The notes under the pieces: generated by a model
Database searches by the model: none
What the model was told of the DNA's origin: nothing
Seen by the model: only the letters and a program-made list of their open reading frames with translations
Origin: Heptranchias perlo
Taxonomy: Eukaryota
Assembly: GCF_035084215.1 (NCBI RefSeq)
Contig: NC_090346.1
Span: 14,198,001 to 14,262,000, forward strand
Length of the DNA stretch: 64,000 bases
Direction of reading: 5' to 3'
Position numbers and translations under genes: made by a program
Shown here: positions 62,661 through 64,000 of the stretch, one piece after another
Position numbering within the stretch: the first letter of the stretch is position 1
How the letters are laid out: every line of letters starts with the position of its first letter

Positions 62661-63718
62661 AGATCAAGCCAGCTTGAAGATTTCATTATTTCTATTTGCT
62701 GTATTTGCACTCACGGACTTTCTCGTGCAGGTTCTGCTTCTCTCCTGTTGTTTGAAAGGACCCCTAAGCCCGCAGTGCCATAGCTGTGTGGGGCCACCAG
62801 GAGCCACAGGAGAGTGGCCTGTGGTGGTTCACCTGGTGGTTTCTTTCCTCCTGCTCAGGCTCCCAATCACATCAACGCGACTGGGAACAGGCGCTTAGCA
62901 GAATGGGCGTCCACCCTGTGTCCCTCATTTAGGCCTTAAAGAGCCGCACCCCTCCACAGTCCTGTAAATGTACTTGTAGAGCATTCACGCTCAGCATTTT
63001 GCTGTTAGCCGGAACGGATCCAGATGTGTGCCTTTCACGTGTGTATAAAATTCCTACCAAGCTTGAAACATGTTATGGGAGTGTTAGTAAATCACAAAAC
63101 AACAGTTCAAATTAAACAGAACAACGCATAAGCGGGAGAGATTGCAGCCAGTAATCTTATCACAGGATTTAGATCAAGTTGTAAGTGCTGACATGAGATT
63201 ACTTCCCATGTATTTGCTGTTTTTTTTTAATTGTCTTCCTAGTTGTCTCCTCACTTCGTCTGAATGCACTCACTTTTGCCGGGGTTACAATACCGTGGGC
63301 ACCTTCAGTTGACTGGTACCTCACCCATTTATTATGTGTGAACCTAGACATTGAATGTCAGTGGGCTGTTCCACTATGTAGGGCATCACATCCAATCCTG
63401 TATCGGCAAATTTGGCACAAGACTGACCAGATCACATGGCAGAGGCCAGAGAATAAATGTGGAATGAGAAGCCCCTTTTGCCTGCCTCAGAATATCCCAT
63501 CTGAGATCTGTTTGGATGAAGATGACACCTCAGTACCTTTAATCTCAGCCTTGCAGAATCCCAATCCCATTGGAGCTTTAATATCCGTCTCCACAGCAGA
63601 CAGGTTTAATGTCTCATCTGAAGGACATGTGAGATAGAATTTGCAGAGGCCGTACCCCCAGAACCCCACTAAGTGAGCTGTTCATTATCAACATCTTTGC
63701 CTTTTCTTTTTTCCCCAG

Positions 63719-63789
63719 ATTGTTAATGGGCTAAAGCAGAGAATCTTTAAGTTGGAGCAGCAGTGTAAAGAGAAAGACAGCATCTTAAA
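63719..63789 (+). CDS. IQCE: IQCE exon 9 (gene continues beyond the window)
   Basis: IVNGLKQRIFKLEQQCKEKDSIL. Confidence 0.94.
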
Positions 63790-64000
63790 GTAAGATACAT
63801 TGCAACCCTCTTACTTCACACAGTGAACATCAGTAGTTTTTATCATCTCGTCTCTTCATCCCTCTTTGTACTCCATTTTGCTATCCGACATTTCCCACCC
63901 CTACTTCCTGCCATTTTAACTCTGAGATCCTCAATTGACTCCTATTGTAGTAAAGTTCTACTTGCATCAAAGCTTCTGATAGAGAGAAGGGAAAATTTAA

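Overview
Eukaryotic, repeat-rich vertebrate DNA, most likely a cartilaginous fish (inferred from the CR1, L2, Deu-SINE and Penelope repeat content). Spliced genes reconstructed by hand from homology and splice signals: probable non-coding first exon and promoter of MAD1L1 (-); MRM2/FTSJ2 (-, 232 aa); NUDT1/MTH1 (+, 162 aa), head-to-head with MRM2; SNX8 (-, 13 coding exons, 525 aa, with an N-terminal extension absent from human SNX8, a GC-AG intron and a probable ~6 kb 3'UTR); and IQCE exons 1-9 (+), head-to-head with SNX8. Most short ORFs in the track are transposon debris. The most striking signal is a set of six Penelope-like (PLE) insertions from three subfamilies. Five are fold-back hairpins with an unpaired ~30-40 nt tail on one side and one is a tail-less single arm. 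All have 12-14 bp target-site duplications, and four carry minimal hammerhead ribozyme motifs. Two subfamilies share a co-varying 3' hairpin/pseudoknot, and the inverted arm stops at it each time. Exon boundaries are base-level; most TE boundaries are approximate.
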